From assembly GCA_964464825.1 (NCBI GenBank), contig CAYXKL010000002.1, forward strand, positions 520 through 64,519: 64,000 nt of DNA, given 5' to 3'. How positions within the stretch are numbered: position 1 is the first letter of the stretch; every line of letters begins with the position of its first letter. The position numbers were made by a program, and so were the translations under genes. Below are positions 1 to 9,968 of the stretch, in pieces. A model generated the notes under the pieces. That model did no database searches. It was given only the letters and a program-made list of their open reading frames with translations, and was not told the origin of the DNA. The stretch is from an uncultured Melioribacter sp. (GTDB taxonomy: Bacteria; Bacteroidota; Ignavibacteria; Ignavibacteriales; Melioribacteraceae).

Positions 1-1095
1 TTCAACAAGCACAGCATCAAAACCGTGTTTGGCAGCAAAGTCGATATAGAATTTAGTTCTTTCCGTTGTAGCGCCGTGTCTTCCATTTGGTTTTAAATTT
101 TTCCAATCGGTAAGTCCTAATTTTACATTTCTAACATCAGCATAATTCCAAGATGCAGTACCAACGTGCATTTCCCACCAGATACCTACATACTTAATCG
201 GTTTGATCCAGCTTGTCTCTTCAATTATCGATGGTTCATTCAAATTCAAAATTAATTTTGATGCAAGCACATCTTCAGCTTTTTCACAGACAACAATTGT
301 CCTCCATGGTGTGTTATGAGGTGTCTGCATATAAGCTTTATTACCTACTGCATCGGGAACAAGATGCGAAGTGAGTATAAAAGTTTTTTGATCAATTACA
401 AGATTCATTGCCGGATAATTTACCAGAGCGGCTTCGTGAATATTGATGTAGAGCCCATCGGCAGTTTTCATCATAAGCGGAGTCTGCACCGCATTTTTCC
501 CGATAACAGTTTTAGCGGTAATCTCGTTTACATTTACACCAAATGTTGCATCAACTTCGCTCAGTTTTGTAGTTGTATAGTAATATTCGTTAGTATCGTA
601 ATCGCCAGGTATCCAGAATGCTTTATGATCACCGGCGAGATTGAATTCTGTCAACTCATTTGATATAACAAAATAATTTAGTTCATCTTGCAATGGAAAT
701 TCATAACGGAAGCCGAGTCCATCATTGAATAAACGGAAGCGTATAATAATGTATCTGTTTTTTTCTGACTGCTGTGTTAATGTAATTGCAAGTTCTCTGT
801 AATTATTTCTAATTTCTTTTACTTCACCCCAAACTGGGTTCCAAGTTTCATCGAAGAGTGAAGTATCAATTTTGGATATAGTAAATCCACTTGCTAAACT
901 TGTTCCATTCTTCACTTCGATACCGAGATTGCTTGTTTCAATCACATATTTGTTGCCAAGCATTAATTCATAAGTAGGTGTTCCGGTTTCTTTCAATTGA
1001 AATTTTAATTTCAATTTTCCGTCCGGAGAAGTGATTGTTTGTGCGGAGACGGCGTTTAATATTAATGCGAGCATGATAAAAATTCCTTTTTTCAT
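1..1095 (-). CDS. Glycoside hydrolase family 97 (SusB-like alpha-glucosidase), 5' part only; the gene continues past the left window edge
   Basis: Absent from the ORF track because it has no stop in the window. Reverse-strand reading from ATG (1095-1093) gives MKKGIFIMLALILNAVSAQTITSPDGKLKLKFQLKETGTPTYELM... It stays open for 365 codons to base 1 (...RTKFYIDFAAKHGFDAVLVE). It has a signal peptide and GH97-like sequence. The + strand ORFs 316..663 and 1031..1252 are shadows of it. Confidence 0.75.
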   Translation of the reverse strand, partial: MKKGIFIMLALILNAVSAQTITSPDGKLKLKFQLKETGTPTYELMLGNKYVIETSNLGIEVKNGTSLASGFTISKIDTSLFDETWNPVWGEVKEIRNNYRELAITLTQQSEKNRYIIIRFRLFNDGLGFRYEFPLQDELNYFVISNELTEFNLAGDHKAFWIPGDYDTNEYYYTTTKLSEVDATFGVNVNEITAKTVIGKNAVQTPLMMKTADGLYINIHEAALVNYPAMNLVIDQKTFILTSHLVPDAVGNKAYMQTPHNTPWRTIVVCEKAEDVLASKLILNLNEPSIIEETSWIKPIKYVGIWWEMHVGTASWNYADVRNVKLGLTDWKNLKPNGRHGATTERTKFYIDFAAKHGFDAVLVE

Positions 1096-1261
1096 TGCAG
1101 TTATACTCCAACTTTCGTGCTATAATTGTAAGTTAATTTTATGTGGTGTAAAACTACACAAAGAAATTGTTTTTTTGAATTGGGATTTAAATAAAATGAT
1201 TAACACGGAAGAAAATCTTGGGCTAAATAAATATAGTTGTTATCAATTATAAATTTTAAGT

Positions 1262-2233
1262 TTAAGGGGTTGTTTGAAATAAATTATCCACAATATATTT
1301 TGCCGAAATAGTTGTGGCGGTATCATTCCAATGAACATTTTCTAAGTTAATCCATAAATACTCCGGTGAAAATTTCTGTAAAGGTATTCTTAGGTTAATA
1401 AAAGGAATATTTTTACTGATCACCTCATTTTTAACTGAGTTAAACATTTTTTCGTAAGGATAATTCTCGCCTAAATCGGTTAAAGTTGGAATAAACACAA
1501 AAACAAGATCTATTTTATTATCATAACAGAAGTTTTTAATATTTAAAAGTGCTGATTTAAAATTGATCCATCCTTTGTTCTGATTAGAAAAATCAAAATA
1601 TTCTCTTGGAAGTATTTCACTTGGCGTTCCGATAGTATAAATTATTTTTGTTCTATATAAATAGTATAGATAGGCAAAAAATTTTGAATGTGCTCTCAAA
1701 TATTCTTTTATATTCTGTATTGAACTGATCGTATTACCCAAACTGTCTGTTTCTAAAAGATCATTAGTAAAAAAGAATAGAATTGCCATATCAGGCTTAT
1801 AAATTGGTGTAAGTCTAACTAATTGATCATATTCATTTTTTGTATTAAAACCGCCAATTCCAGTATTAATTACTTGATAAACTTTAGATTTATCACGTTG
1901 ATTTAACAATTTTTCAATTTTGCTTGTGACCAATTGATCATAAGTTAAACCATCTCCCCATATGAATGAATCCCCAAGGGCAAGAATTCTATATTCGTTT
2001 TTAGCTTTATCGATACTAATTTCTTCTTCTCTAATTCCATATGAATTAGTTTTATATTCTATATTTTCATAATTAACTGTCCGGTTTTTCTCTTTAATAA
2101 TTATTGATTTTCTATTTTGAATTTCAGGATCCCAAAAAAGTCTAGTTACTAATTCACACAATATTAAAAAGACTATAATTGAGATTAAACTTAATGATAG
2201 GTTGATAAGAAAATTTTTTTGCTTCAGACCCAT
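1262..2233 (-). CDS. SGNH/GDSL-family hydrolase (lipase/esterase-like), membrane anchored
   Basis: 323 aa with an N-terminal TM helix. Block I GDS motif is present (ILALGDSFIWGDG), followed by a GG(F)N block (NTGIGGFNT) and a C-terminal His block (NVHWND). Confidence 0.7.
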   Translation of the reverse strand: MGLKQKNFLINLSLSLISIIVFLILCELVTRLFWDPEIQNRKSIIIKEKNRTVNYENIEYKTNSYGIREEEISIDKAKNEYRILALGDSFIWGDGLTYDQLVTSKIEKLLNQRDKSKVYQVINTGIGGFNTKNEYDQLVRLTPIYKPDMAILFFFTNDLLETDSLGNTISSIQNIKEYLRAHSKFFAYLYYLYRTKIIYTIGTPSEILPREYFDFSNQNKGWINFKSALLNIKNFCYDNKIDLVFVFIPTLTDLGENYPYEKMFNSVKNEVISKNIPFINLRIPLQKFSPEYLWINLENVHWNDTATTISAKYIVDNLFQTTP

Positions 2234-2390
2234 ATTATTATAGGGTTATTTCGAAAAAAAGAATTTGAAATATTTGAAAGTAACAATAAGAAAAACGTTT
2301 TTTATTATTAATTCACAACTTATAGACGCAAATAGTTTAACGATTAGGGAAAAAAATTTTATTAAATGCTGCTTTAAAAATATTTAGAAC

Positions 2391-4316
2391 TTAACGCTCT
2401 TTTCTTTTTTTATCTTTACCGGCTCTTTCGTATTCCCAAGGTTTTTTTCTAAAGCTTTTTTTCTTATCAGAGGAACTTTCATCCCTTTTTCGTTCCGGTC
2501 TATCACGTTTCCAATCCCGGGTTTTTGAATCTTTATCTTTCCAGCTTTTTTCTTTTGTATTTCTCTCTTTCCATCCGCTGCCTTTAGATTCATATTGCGG
2601 CTCCCTTCTTCTTTCACTGAATCCAGAAACGCCCCTGTCACTTTTACTAAAACGTGCGCCGCTCCGTTCGGATCGGTCTCTATCCGGGCGGTCTCCTCTT
2701 TCTCTTCCTTTAGATTCTGCAATTTCGAGAGTGATTTTTCTTTTCTTATAACTCTTATCTTTGAATGCATTAATTACAGTTTGAGCAAATTCGGAATCAA
2801 CTTCAAAGAAAGAAAAATTCTTAAGCAGCTCTATCTTTCCAATTTCAATATCATTTATTCCGGTAAATTCATTTATCAATCCCATTAATGTATTTGGTCT
2901 CAGCTCATCCATTCTGCCAAGATTTATAAAGAATCGTGTAAATCCGCTTACGGCATTTCTTGATTTGCCGGTACTTTTGTGTTCCGTTGGAATATTAAGA
3001 TCGGCAGAATTCTTGTAATAATCTAAAAATCGATTAAACTCAACCGAAACAAATTTTTTAATCAGTTCTTCGCGGTCAAGCCATTCGAGTTTTCTGTAAA
3101 TATCAGGCAGCATCGGATCAATCTGCGAATAATCGACTTCAACTTTTTCAACGCGGTCGATAAGATAGAAAAGCTGCTTTGCACAAATGTCTTTACCGGA
3201 AGGTACTGAAGCAAATGTAAATTTTTTGTTTATTATTTTTTCGATCTGTAGAAGGCGCGATTTGTCTTTCATTCCAGCGATAGCAATAGAAACACCTTTT
3301 CTTCCGGCGCGGCCGGTTCTTCCGCTCCGGTGTGTGTAGATTTCTAATTCTTCCGGAAGATTATAATTTATAATGTGCGATAAATTTTCAACATCCAATC
3401 CGCGTGCGGCAACATCTGTTGCAACAAGAAGTTGTAAATGTTTGCTGCGGAATTTATTCATAACAATATTTCTCTGTTGTTGGGAAAGTTCCCCGTGCAG
3501 AGCATCTGCATTGTAGCCGTCTTTCATTAATTGATCAGCAACCTCTTGAGTTTCAACACGTGTTCTGCAGAAAACAATTCCATAAATCTCGGGATGGAAA
3601 TCAACAATTCTTTTAAGTGCAAGGTATCTATCTCTTGAGTGAACCAGATAAGCAATATGTTCAACATTTTCCGCACCGGCATTTCTTTTACCGATAGTAA
3701 TTTCAACCGGATCATTCATGTAAGTATTTGCAATAGCCATAACTTCTTTAGGCATAGTAGCGGAAAATAGCATTGTATTTTTCTGCTTTGGTGTTTCCTT
3801 CAGAATTGATTCGAGGTCATCGCGGAATCCCATATTGAGCATTTCGTCTGCCTCGTCAAGTACAACTGTTTTTACTTTTGAAAGATCAACAATCAATCTG
3901 TTAATAAGATCAACCAATCTACCCGGCGTAGCAGAAATTATATGCACACCTTTTTGAATTTTCTGAATTTGTCTTTCTATACTTGCACCGCCGAATACAG
4001 CGGCAATTTTTACATCGGGTTTATATTTAGCAAAACTTGCAAGGTCGTCTGTAATCTGTAAACAGAGTTCACGGGTTGGACTTAATATTAAATATTGAAC
4101 TTTATTTTGATTAACATCAACTTTTTGAATGAGCGGAATACCAAAAGCAGCAGTTTTTCCGGTTCCGGTCTGTGCTAAACCAATTATATCAGGGGCTTTT
4201 TCTTTTATCAACAGCGGAATTACTTTTTCCTGAATCGGCATGGGTATTTCAAATTCAATTTCTTTAACAGCACGTATTATGGGTTCTTCTACACCCAATT
4301 CTTCAAATGAGACCAT
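2391..4316 (-). CDS. deaD: DEAD-box ATP-dependent RNA helicase (DeaD/CsdA type) with DbpA-like RNA-binding domain and a long charged C-terminal tail
   Basis: 641 aa. Carries a Q-motif region, AQTGTGKT (motif I), DEAD (VLDEADEM), SAT, HRSGRTGRAG (motif VI) and a DbpA-like domain (FFINLGRMDELRPNTLMGLI). The last ~130 aa form a low-complexity R/K/E/S/D tail. Confidence 0.9.
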   Translation of the reverse strand: MVSFEELGVEEPIIRAVKEIEFEIPMPIQEKVIPLLIKEKAPDIIGLAQTGTGKTAAFGIPLIQKVDVNQNKVQYLILSPTRELCLQITDDLASFAKYKPDVKIAAVFGGASIERQIQKIQKGVHIISATPGRLVDLINRLIVDLSKVKTVVLDEADEMLNMGFRDDLESILKETPKQKNTMLFSATMPKEVMAIANTYMNDPVEITIGKRNAGAENVEHIAYLVHSRDRYLALKRIVDFHPEIYGIVFCRTRVETQEVADQLMKDGYNADALHGELSQQQRNIVMNKFRSKHLQLLVATDVAARGLDVENLSHIINYNLPEELEIYTHRSGRTGRAGRKGVSIAIAGMKDKSRLLQIEKIINKKFTFASVPSGKDICAKQLFYLIDRVEKVEVDYSQIDPMLPDIYRKLEWLDREELIKKFVSVEFNRFLDYYKNSADLNIPTEHKSTGKSRNAVSGFTRFFINLGRMDELRPNTLMGLINEFTGINDIEIGKIELLKNFSFFEVDSEFAQTVINAFKDKSYKKRKITLEIAESKGRERGDRPDRDRSERSGARFSKSDRGVSGFSERRREPQYESKGSGWKERNTKEKSWKDKDSKTRDWKRDRPERKRDESSSDKKKSFRKKPWEYERAGKDKKRKER

Positions 4317-4408
4317 TTATTTGTATTTCCTATAAATTTATGGTTTAAAGATAACTTTAATTTTGATATGAAGGAGAATAATTAATGAGCGGTTAGTTTA
4401 ATGGGTTT

Positions 4409-4852
4409 TTAATTCTTGGTGCTTTTTTCTTCGTTGTCAGTTATCGGCTCTTGTTTATTGATTGTAGGAAGAGACTCGAACTCTTTTATTTCTTTCGATT
4501 TGAAAAACGAGATAATAAAAAAAACACCAAGTATAAAATCTATTATTCCGGAACTTAACATCATTGCAAGGATTCTCTGCTGATAGAAAAGAAAGAATAC
4601 GGCTGCGGCATAGGAAAATTTTTCGATGACTGCCGCGATAATTATCAATCTATATTTTATAGGATTGATAGCGATGATCAAAAATAAAATCTGAAATGCA
4701 AGGACAACGCCGAGGAATCCGTAATAATATTCCGGATGGGTAATAGCCGGAGGGTAATCCAAACCGATTTGATATTCGGAAAAATAGAGCGGTGTAACAA
4801 CGATAATCCCGTACACTCCGGCAATTATAAAGACCCATCTAGAAAATTTCAT
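4409..4852 (-). CDS. Small integral membrane protein (about 4 TM helices), unknown function
   Basis: 147 aa, hydrophobic throughout with an acidic/polar tail. No recognisable motif. Confidence 0.45.
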   Translation of the reverse strand: MKFSRWVFIIAGVYGIIVVTPLYFSEYQIGLDYPPAITHPEYYYGFLGVVLAFQILFLIIAINPIKYRLIIIAAVIEKFSYAAAVFFLFYQQRILAMMLSSGIIDFILGVFFIISFFKSKEIKEFESLPTINKQEPITDNEEKSTKN

Positions 4853-4858
4853 AACTTA

Positions 4859-5359
4859 TTACTCGACCGCACCGGCACCGGTGTTGCGCGTTTTACTTCT
4901 TTCGATTGACTGCAATGCAAGGTAGCGGTCGCCGAATTTTTCAAGATTTTCAGTTTCGGTATCGTATTGATCAAAATGGCGCTCTTCATCTGCAACCAAA
5001 CTTTCGAATAATTGTTTTGAAACGGAATCGGCATTAACGGAACATTCATTCGCCCACACATTATATTCTTTTGCACTTTCGTGTTCCATCTGTGCAGCTT
5101 TTTTGAGCATCCCTTTTACATCGTGAATTTTTTCTACCGGGTAAGCTGGAGCCATTTCAACTTCACCTTTCAGGAATAAAATTCTCTCGGCAAGTTTTTC
5201 GATGTGAAGCATTTCTTCGATTGCAGTTCTTTTAAATAGATTAGCAAGTAAATCATATCCAAGATCATCACATAAAAAATGGAAATACATATACTGGTGA
5301 ACTGCGTGAAGTTCATCTGCGACAGCTTTGTTCAATAGAACCTGACTTTTCTCGTGCAT
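4859..5359 (-). CDS. bfr: Bacterioferritin / ferritin-like protein
   Basis: Ferritin di-iron motifs are present (ELHAVHQYMYF, EEMLHIEKL, ADEERH). I prefer the ATG at 5359-5357 because AAAAGGAG lies just upstream. The track start at 5410 adds 17 unlikely residues. Confidence 0.8.
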   Translation of the reverse strand: MHEKSQVLLNKAVADELHAVHQYMYFHFLCDDLGYDLLANLFKRTAIEEMLHIEKLAERILFLKGEVEMAPAYPVEKIHDVKGMLKKAAQMEHESAKEYNVWANECSVNADSVSKQLFESLVADEERHFDQYDTETENLEKFGDRYLALQSIERSKTRNTGAGAVE

Positions 5360-5495
5360 AGTTATTCTCCTTTTGAGGATATTAAAAATTCTTCTATTCA
5401 AAAATACCAAATTGGAATGAATATATCGTGTCTGGTAATCACTGGAATTTTTTTGTTACACAGAGAGACACCGAGAACCACGAAGAGGGCACAAT

Positions 5496-7670
5496 CTATT
5501 TTTCCCAATTAAATAAAACTGATGTGGTTGCTTCTTTGCTTGTTAAGTTGTCTTTTACCAACAGAGTGATTTTATAATTGCCTGGATCATATTTGCTCAT
5601 ATCAATTTGAAGATAGACTTGTGGATCAGTTTCAAGTGTTTTATAATTAGAAGTGAGTGTTATTTTATCCGAACCGCCCAAACCGAATAAACTGCCGATA
5701 GAACTTAAAAAATTTTCAAAGTCGCTCTTCTCCTCACTACTTTCAATCGAAATTTCTTGTTCAAAATTGGTAAGGTTATTTTCATCCTTAGTTAAGTTGT
5801 AAACTTCGTAATATAAATAAGGAAGCTTTTGCGAATTGAATCTGTTTTCTGGATTTGGCAGAAGAGATAAGTTATTTCTCGTTATTCCAAACGATTGTAA
5901 AGTATCTACTGAAATTTGCTCTGCTAAAACAATATCGCTTAATGTAATTGAAGTACCATAAAAGTTTCTAACAGTAAATTTATTTTTATAAGTATGCACA
6001 CCTTTATCTTTATTCCTAAGGAGTTCAAAAGAAACAAAACCGGAATCGGGCAGACTTTCTGAATGAAGAATATTTATTGCGGATTTTTCTTTTAAATCAG
6101 CATTATAACTTTTTCTGCACTCAAATATTTTGTAATAATTTTTATCATAAAAGAAGAAACCGGCTTGGTAGCCATCATTAAATAAGTTATTTATTTTATT
6201 TGAATCAGCGCTATTGATGGAGTAACTAACATAAACAACAGTTTTATTTTTAGAAGAGCGGAACTGATAAAAGTTTTTTGTTGCAGAGAATGCCGGGCCT
6301 TCAAACTTAGGATTATAATCTTGAAAATTTTCTCTGCGTAATTTTATTATCTCTTCGAATGTATTTATAGGAACTTGCGAACGGTGTTCAAGTGCGAATT
6401 CATATTCATTATTTTTGAATTGATCAGTAAATGCAAAAGATTTATTGTCGTATTCCCACACTTCCGTTTTAGGACCAAGCTGGAAATCATCACGGTAGCG
6501 AATAACACGGGGCGGAATGCCGTAACGTAATACAATTTCACCGCGGTTGGTTTTCCATCCCGGTATTTTTAGTTTGCGCGAGCCAAGAAAAACGTTAGCA
6601 TAAACCATTCGTGCATAATGCTCAATTATTCTTTCGTTGTAATCCGTAATGTAGAGAGGATCGTAAATCTGCCAGAAAAGTTTGATGATATCCCTTATCT
6701 GTTCTCCTGGGAGTGATTCAAGTTTGTACGGAAACCTTTGTTCTATCAGCATCAAAACAGAATAATAAATATAATCTTCCCGTTCACTTTTATTCATCAA
6801 AGAAAAAGCTTTTGAGAATTCCCTATCTGCTTTAAAGATTTGATTTGCCGAGTAATAGAGTAAACCCAAATACAAATGATAATCTTTATTTGTTGAATCG
6901 TACATGACGGCATTTTCCAAAACGGAGATAGCAGAGTTATAATTTTCCACCGAGTAATAAAGTTTTGCTAGCTCGAGATTTGCCGCTACAAGTTTTGGAT
7001 TAAATTTTATTGCATGTAAAAGAGCGTCTTCCGCTTGACGGAAATCCTCGAGTACAAAACTAGAATAGCTCAACTGTCCATAATCTTGTTTTTTATATTC
7101 GTACTCAATTCTAAATTGTTCAGTCTCAACATCTGCCCCGTGTGCATATCTCTCGGATGGATCAACAGCTTTGTTGGTATCGAGTTTCGTTTCGGATTTT
7201 TGGAATTCCCAGAAATCCTCTGCTTTCAATCTACCGAGATTCGCCCAGGCTTCGGCGCATGTGCTGTCGATTTTTAAAATATCCCGATAATCTGAAATTG
7301 CATAACCGCGTTGTAAAAAATTAAGCCGGCTTTCGTAGTATCGTTCCTCACGCAGAAATGCAAGGCAGAGTCGGTATCCAATATTTGCCGGATCGAGATA
7401 GACTGCTTCGTAAACGTGATCGAATGCAGTACCAATATCTGCCGATGGTTTGTATGAGTATGTTAGTTTACCAAGCTCGAAGTGTGACTGTGCATCGTTA
7501 TAAAGTATTATAGATTGATTGAAGTAATGAATCGCAGCGGTAGTATCTTTCTTTGCGAGGGATTCGATACCCAGTTTGTATTTATCTGTACTAAGTGAAT
7601 CTGGTGAAGAAAAAATATTTATTACAGAGAAGTAAAAAATAATTGTGCAGTATGAAGCGAATTTTTGCAT
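5496..7670 (-). CDS. Secreted TPR-repeat protein with GWxTD domain
   Basis: 724 aa with a signal peptide and N-terminal TPR-like repeats. Central GWKTNRGEIVLRYGIPP matches the GWxTD motif. Confidence 0.7.
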   Translation of the reverse strand: MQKFASYCTIIFYFSVINIFSSPDSLSTDKYKLGIESLAKKDTTAAIHYFNQSIILYNDAQSHFELGKLTYSYKPSADIGTAFDHVYEAVYLDPANIGYRLCLAFLREERYYESRLNFLQRGYAISDYRDILKIDSTCAEAWANLGRLKAEDFWEFQKSETKLDTNKAVDPSERYAHGADVETEQFRIEYEYKKQDYGQLSYSSFVLEDFRQAEDALLHAIKFNPKLVAANLELAKLYYSVENYNSAISVLENAVMYDSTNKDYHLYLGLLYYSANQIFKADREFSKAFSLMNKSEREDYIYYSVLMLIEQRFPYKLESLPGEQIRDIIKLFWQIYDPLYITDYNERIIEHYARMVYANVFLGSRKLKIPGWKTNRGEIVLRYGIPPRVIRYRDDFQLGPKTEVWEYDNKSFAFTDQFKNNEYEFALEHRSQVPINTFEEIIKLRRENFQDYNPKFEGPAFSATKNFYQFRSSKNKTVVYVSYSINSADSNKINNLFNDGYQAGFFFYDKNYYKIFECRKSYNADLKEKSAINILHSESLPDSGFVSFELLRNKDKGVHTYKNKFTVRNFYGTSITLSDIVLAEQISVDTLQSFGITRNNLSLLPNPENRFNSQKLPYLYYEVYNLTKDENNLTNFEQEISIESSEEKSDFENFLSSIGSLFGLGGSDKITLTSNYKTLETDPQVYLQIDMSKYDPGNYKITLLVKDNLTSKEATTSVLFNWEK

Positions 7671-7883
7671 AAGTGAAATTTAATTACGCTATAAATATAA
7701 TTTAAGATGCTGAGAAAAGCTTAGAAAGAAAATACTATTTAATCACAGAGGCGAGGTCTTAAGGCATGCCCGGGAAGGTGTTCTCGGTTGTTGGTTATCT
7801 GGAGAGAAATGAAGTGATGAATTGTAAATGTTGAATGTTAATGTTAAAAACTACGTGCTAAACGCTAAATTAGACATTGCAGT

Positions 7884-8465
7884 TCAGACGTTTCTCATAT
7901 CAAATGGAGAGAGTTCGGAAATGTTTGTTCGGATGTTAAGTTCTTTGATCAACTCTTTAATTGTTTTTATTTCTGCTTCCATTAAATGGAGGCGGTGTTT
8001 AAGCATTGCTAAACTTGTAAACGCAATCCGTGTGGTATCAATTTCGTGATTTAAAATTTGTTTGCGAATCGTATAAGCATTCGCTTCAAGCCGTTCATGT
8101 TTCTTTTTAAGCTTCATTAAAATTTCCGGTTTACTCAGGTTATACATAAGTAGAATCCCTATATCAAATCCCGATGAAGTTGACGCATCTTCTTCAAGGT
8201 AAGCAGTTATAGAATTGTGGAGTTCTGATTCTCCTTCCGATGTAATATTGTAAATTGTTTTTTCAGGAAGGTTGCCGGAGCGCTCTTGTCTTCCGGAAAT
8301 CAGTCCGCGCTTTTTTAAATTATTAATTGTAGCGTAAACAGTGGAATCTGCAAGAGGAAGCCATTTACGCGTCTGCATTTCGCTAAGCATTTTGGTGATA
8401 TCGTACGGATTACGTTCTCTTTCGGAAAGAATACCTAACATCAAAGTTGCTAATTTTGAAAGCAT
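7884..8465 (-). CDS. PadR-family transcriptional regulator (long form with C-terminal domain)
   Basis: 193 aa. The winged-helix region ERNPYDITKML...TVYATINNLKKRGLISGR...EKTIYNITSEGE is typical of PadR. Confidence 0.85.
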   Translation of the reverse strand: MLSKLATLMLGILSERERNPYDITKMLSEMQTRKWLPLADSTVYATINNLKKRGLISGRQERSGNLPEKTIYNITSEGESELHNSITAYLEEDASTSSGFDIGILLMYNLSKPEILMKLKKKHERLEANAYTIRKQILNHEIDTTRIAFTSLAMLKHRLHLMEAEIKTIKELIKELNIRTNISELSPFDMRNV

Positions 8466-8717
8466 TGTAAATAATTCTGCTATTGAAATAAAGTAGTATC
8501 AAAATAGAGCATGAATGATGATTTGTCAAGCTATTTGAAAGAATTCGGACAATAAAATTTAAAACAACCCCGCAATAAATTCATAGTGACAAAATCGGAT
8601 ACATCCCAACGCAACTATTTATTATCCACACAAAAAGGAGCTATAATATTCGCGGCTCTCCGTGTAAAGAAAGAATTTTATTGAGTGCCGTTGGTATGAT
8701 ATAAATTAAATGTGAAA

Positions 8718-9836
8718 TTATACAGAAAAAATTTCATATAGCAGATTTTTATCAAGCAGAATTTCTTCGAAAGATGAGTAGATAAATTTTAAATTACGCG
8801 AAAGAGATTTATAATTGAGATCGAGCGACTCTTTCTTTTTGGGATTAATTACAAGAAGGTTTATATCGGGATTTATATGTTTCTTAAAAAGTGCTTTGAT
8901 GTGAAGATCGGCATCAGATAATGAGTAGCCGATGAACACAATTTTTTTAGTTACACGTATTTCGCGGGAAGCTTCCACAAGAAGTTGCGAAATGATAGGA
9001 TGATAAATAGTTTTTAGGTATGAAGGCGGAATTATTAATGTGCTGAAATCTGTTCCGTCAATGGGACATCTGTATTCGTATTCCTGATTATCGGGATAGG
9101 TGTAACCGAGAAATTTCCCTTTGTTAAGATCGATCTTTCTATCCCATGGTGTGAGTAAAGTTTGGTTACAGCAGTTGCAAAATTTCCAATTCAAACTTCC
9201 GTGTAGTTTGATAATTTTTATTGGAATAGGTGTTACAGATTCTTCAACCAGAACCGGTGCCCGAGGATTAACCCAAAAATTATACTGTGCTAATTCAGGC
9301 AGATTTTCATAGTTCATTAAAGGGATAGAGTAATCTATGTAGCAATGATCTTTAAAGTGAAAATCAAATGCTTGCTCAAGAAGTGTATCATAGTTCAAAG
9401 TAATAACCGAGGAATTAGGAACACGTTCAATTAATGTTTCCCAGAAGATATCGTAGTAGCCGCTCTCTTTGTTAGTGTGGAAATTTACAATGAAGTGGAT
9501 CAGTTTTATCAAGTATTCTTTTATGTCGCGTATCTTTTCAATAGTATATTTCTGGTTGAGACTTTCGTTATGTTGAATGAAATAATCGAGAAATCCGAAT
9601 ACTGCTTCAAGCTGCGGGTAGTGTCCGGATTTTATATTGTACTCAAAATTATCTCTTATGAAATTGAGTACTATTTTTCCGATATCGGATTTTTCAATCT
9701 CCCCTATTTCTCCGGATAAAATTTGCGGTAGAATATCTCTCTGAAGCGGAACTCCATCCGGACGTGAAGCACCGGCACCAAGTACAAAAACAATATCGCG
9801 TTTATAAGGGTACTGTAAAAATTTTAATGTTTTCAA
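8718..9836 (-). CDS. Stand-alone SIR2_2-type (sirtuin-like, putative NAD-consuming) protein
   Basis: 372 aa. Motifs: VFVLGAGASRPDGVPL (Gly loop), TLNYDTLLEQ (Asn motif), KLHGSLNW (catalytic His), a Cys cluster CNCC...RCP, and IVFIGYSLSDAD. No additional domains. Confidence 0.75.
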   Translation of the reverse strand: MKTLKFLQYPYKRDIVFVLGAGASRPDGVPLQRDILPQILSGEIGEIEKSDIGKIVLNFIRDNFEYNIKSGHYPQLEAVFGFLDYFIQHNESLNQKYTIEKIRDIKEYLIKLIHFIVNFHTNKESGYYDIFWETLIERVPNSSVITLNYDTLLEQAFDFHFKDHCYIDYSIPLMNYENLPELAQYNFWVNPRAPVLVEESVTPIPIKIIKLHGSLNWKFCNCCNQTLLTPWDRKIDLNKGKFLGYTYPDNQEYEYRCPIDGTDFSTLIIPPSYLKTIYHPIISQLLVEASREIRVTKKIVFIGYSLSDADLHIKALFKKHINPDINLLVINPKKKESLDLNYKSLSRNLKFIYSSFEEILLDKNLLYEIFSV

Positions 9837-9968
9837 TTGCGTAATAAATTAATAATCACAAAAATAGAAATTAAAAAGGTAAAGTATAATCTATATTTTG
9901 AAATGAGTAATAATGCATAATTTTAAAATTAATTTTAAGTGTGTTCTGTGAAGGTAAATCGAAATGAA

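Noticed and set aside
316-1252. Plus-strand track ORFs 316..663 and 1031..1252
   Set aside because: They lie antisense to a long open reverse-strand frame with clear GH97-like sequence and a signal peptide. Their own translations are low-complexity with no motifs. They are shadow ORFs.
2384-2770. 128-aa minus-strand ORF overlapping the end of the helicase gene in another frame
   Set aside because: It arises from the repetitive charged-tail coding region of the DEAD-box helicase. It has no independent start context and is fully nested.
8622-8630. Perfect DnaA box TTATCCACA (another at 1284-1292, and a near-match at about 39403)
   Set aside because: These are isolated single boxes, one of them inside a coding region. 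There is no cluster, no adjacent AT-rich unwinding element and no dnaA. Roughly one chance occurrence is expected in 64 kb of AT-rich DNA on two strands. I do not call an oriC here.
8632-8661. Rho-independent terminator after the SIR2-like gene (GGAGAGC...GCTCC followed by TTTTT on the minus strand)
   Set aside because: On checking the pairing, only about 4-5 bp can form, with an internal mismatch. That is too weak to annotate.
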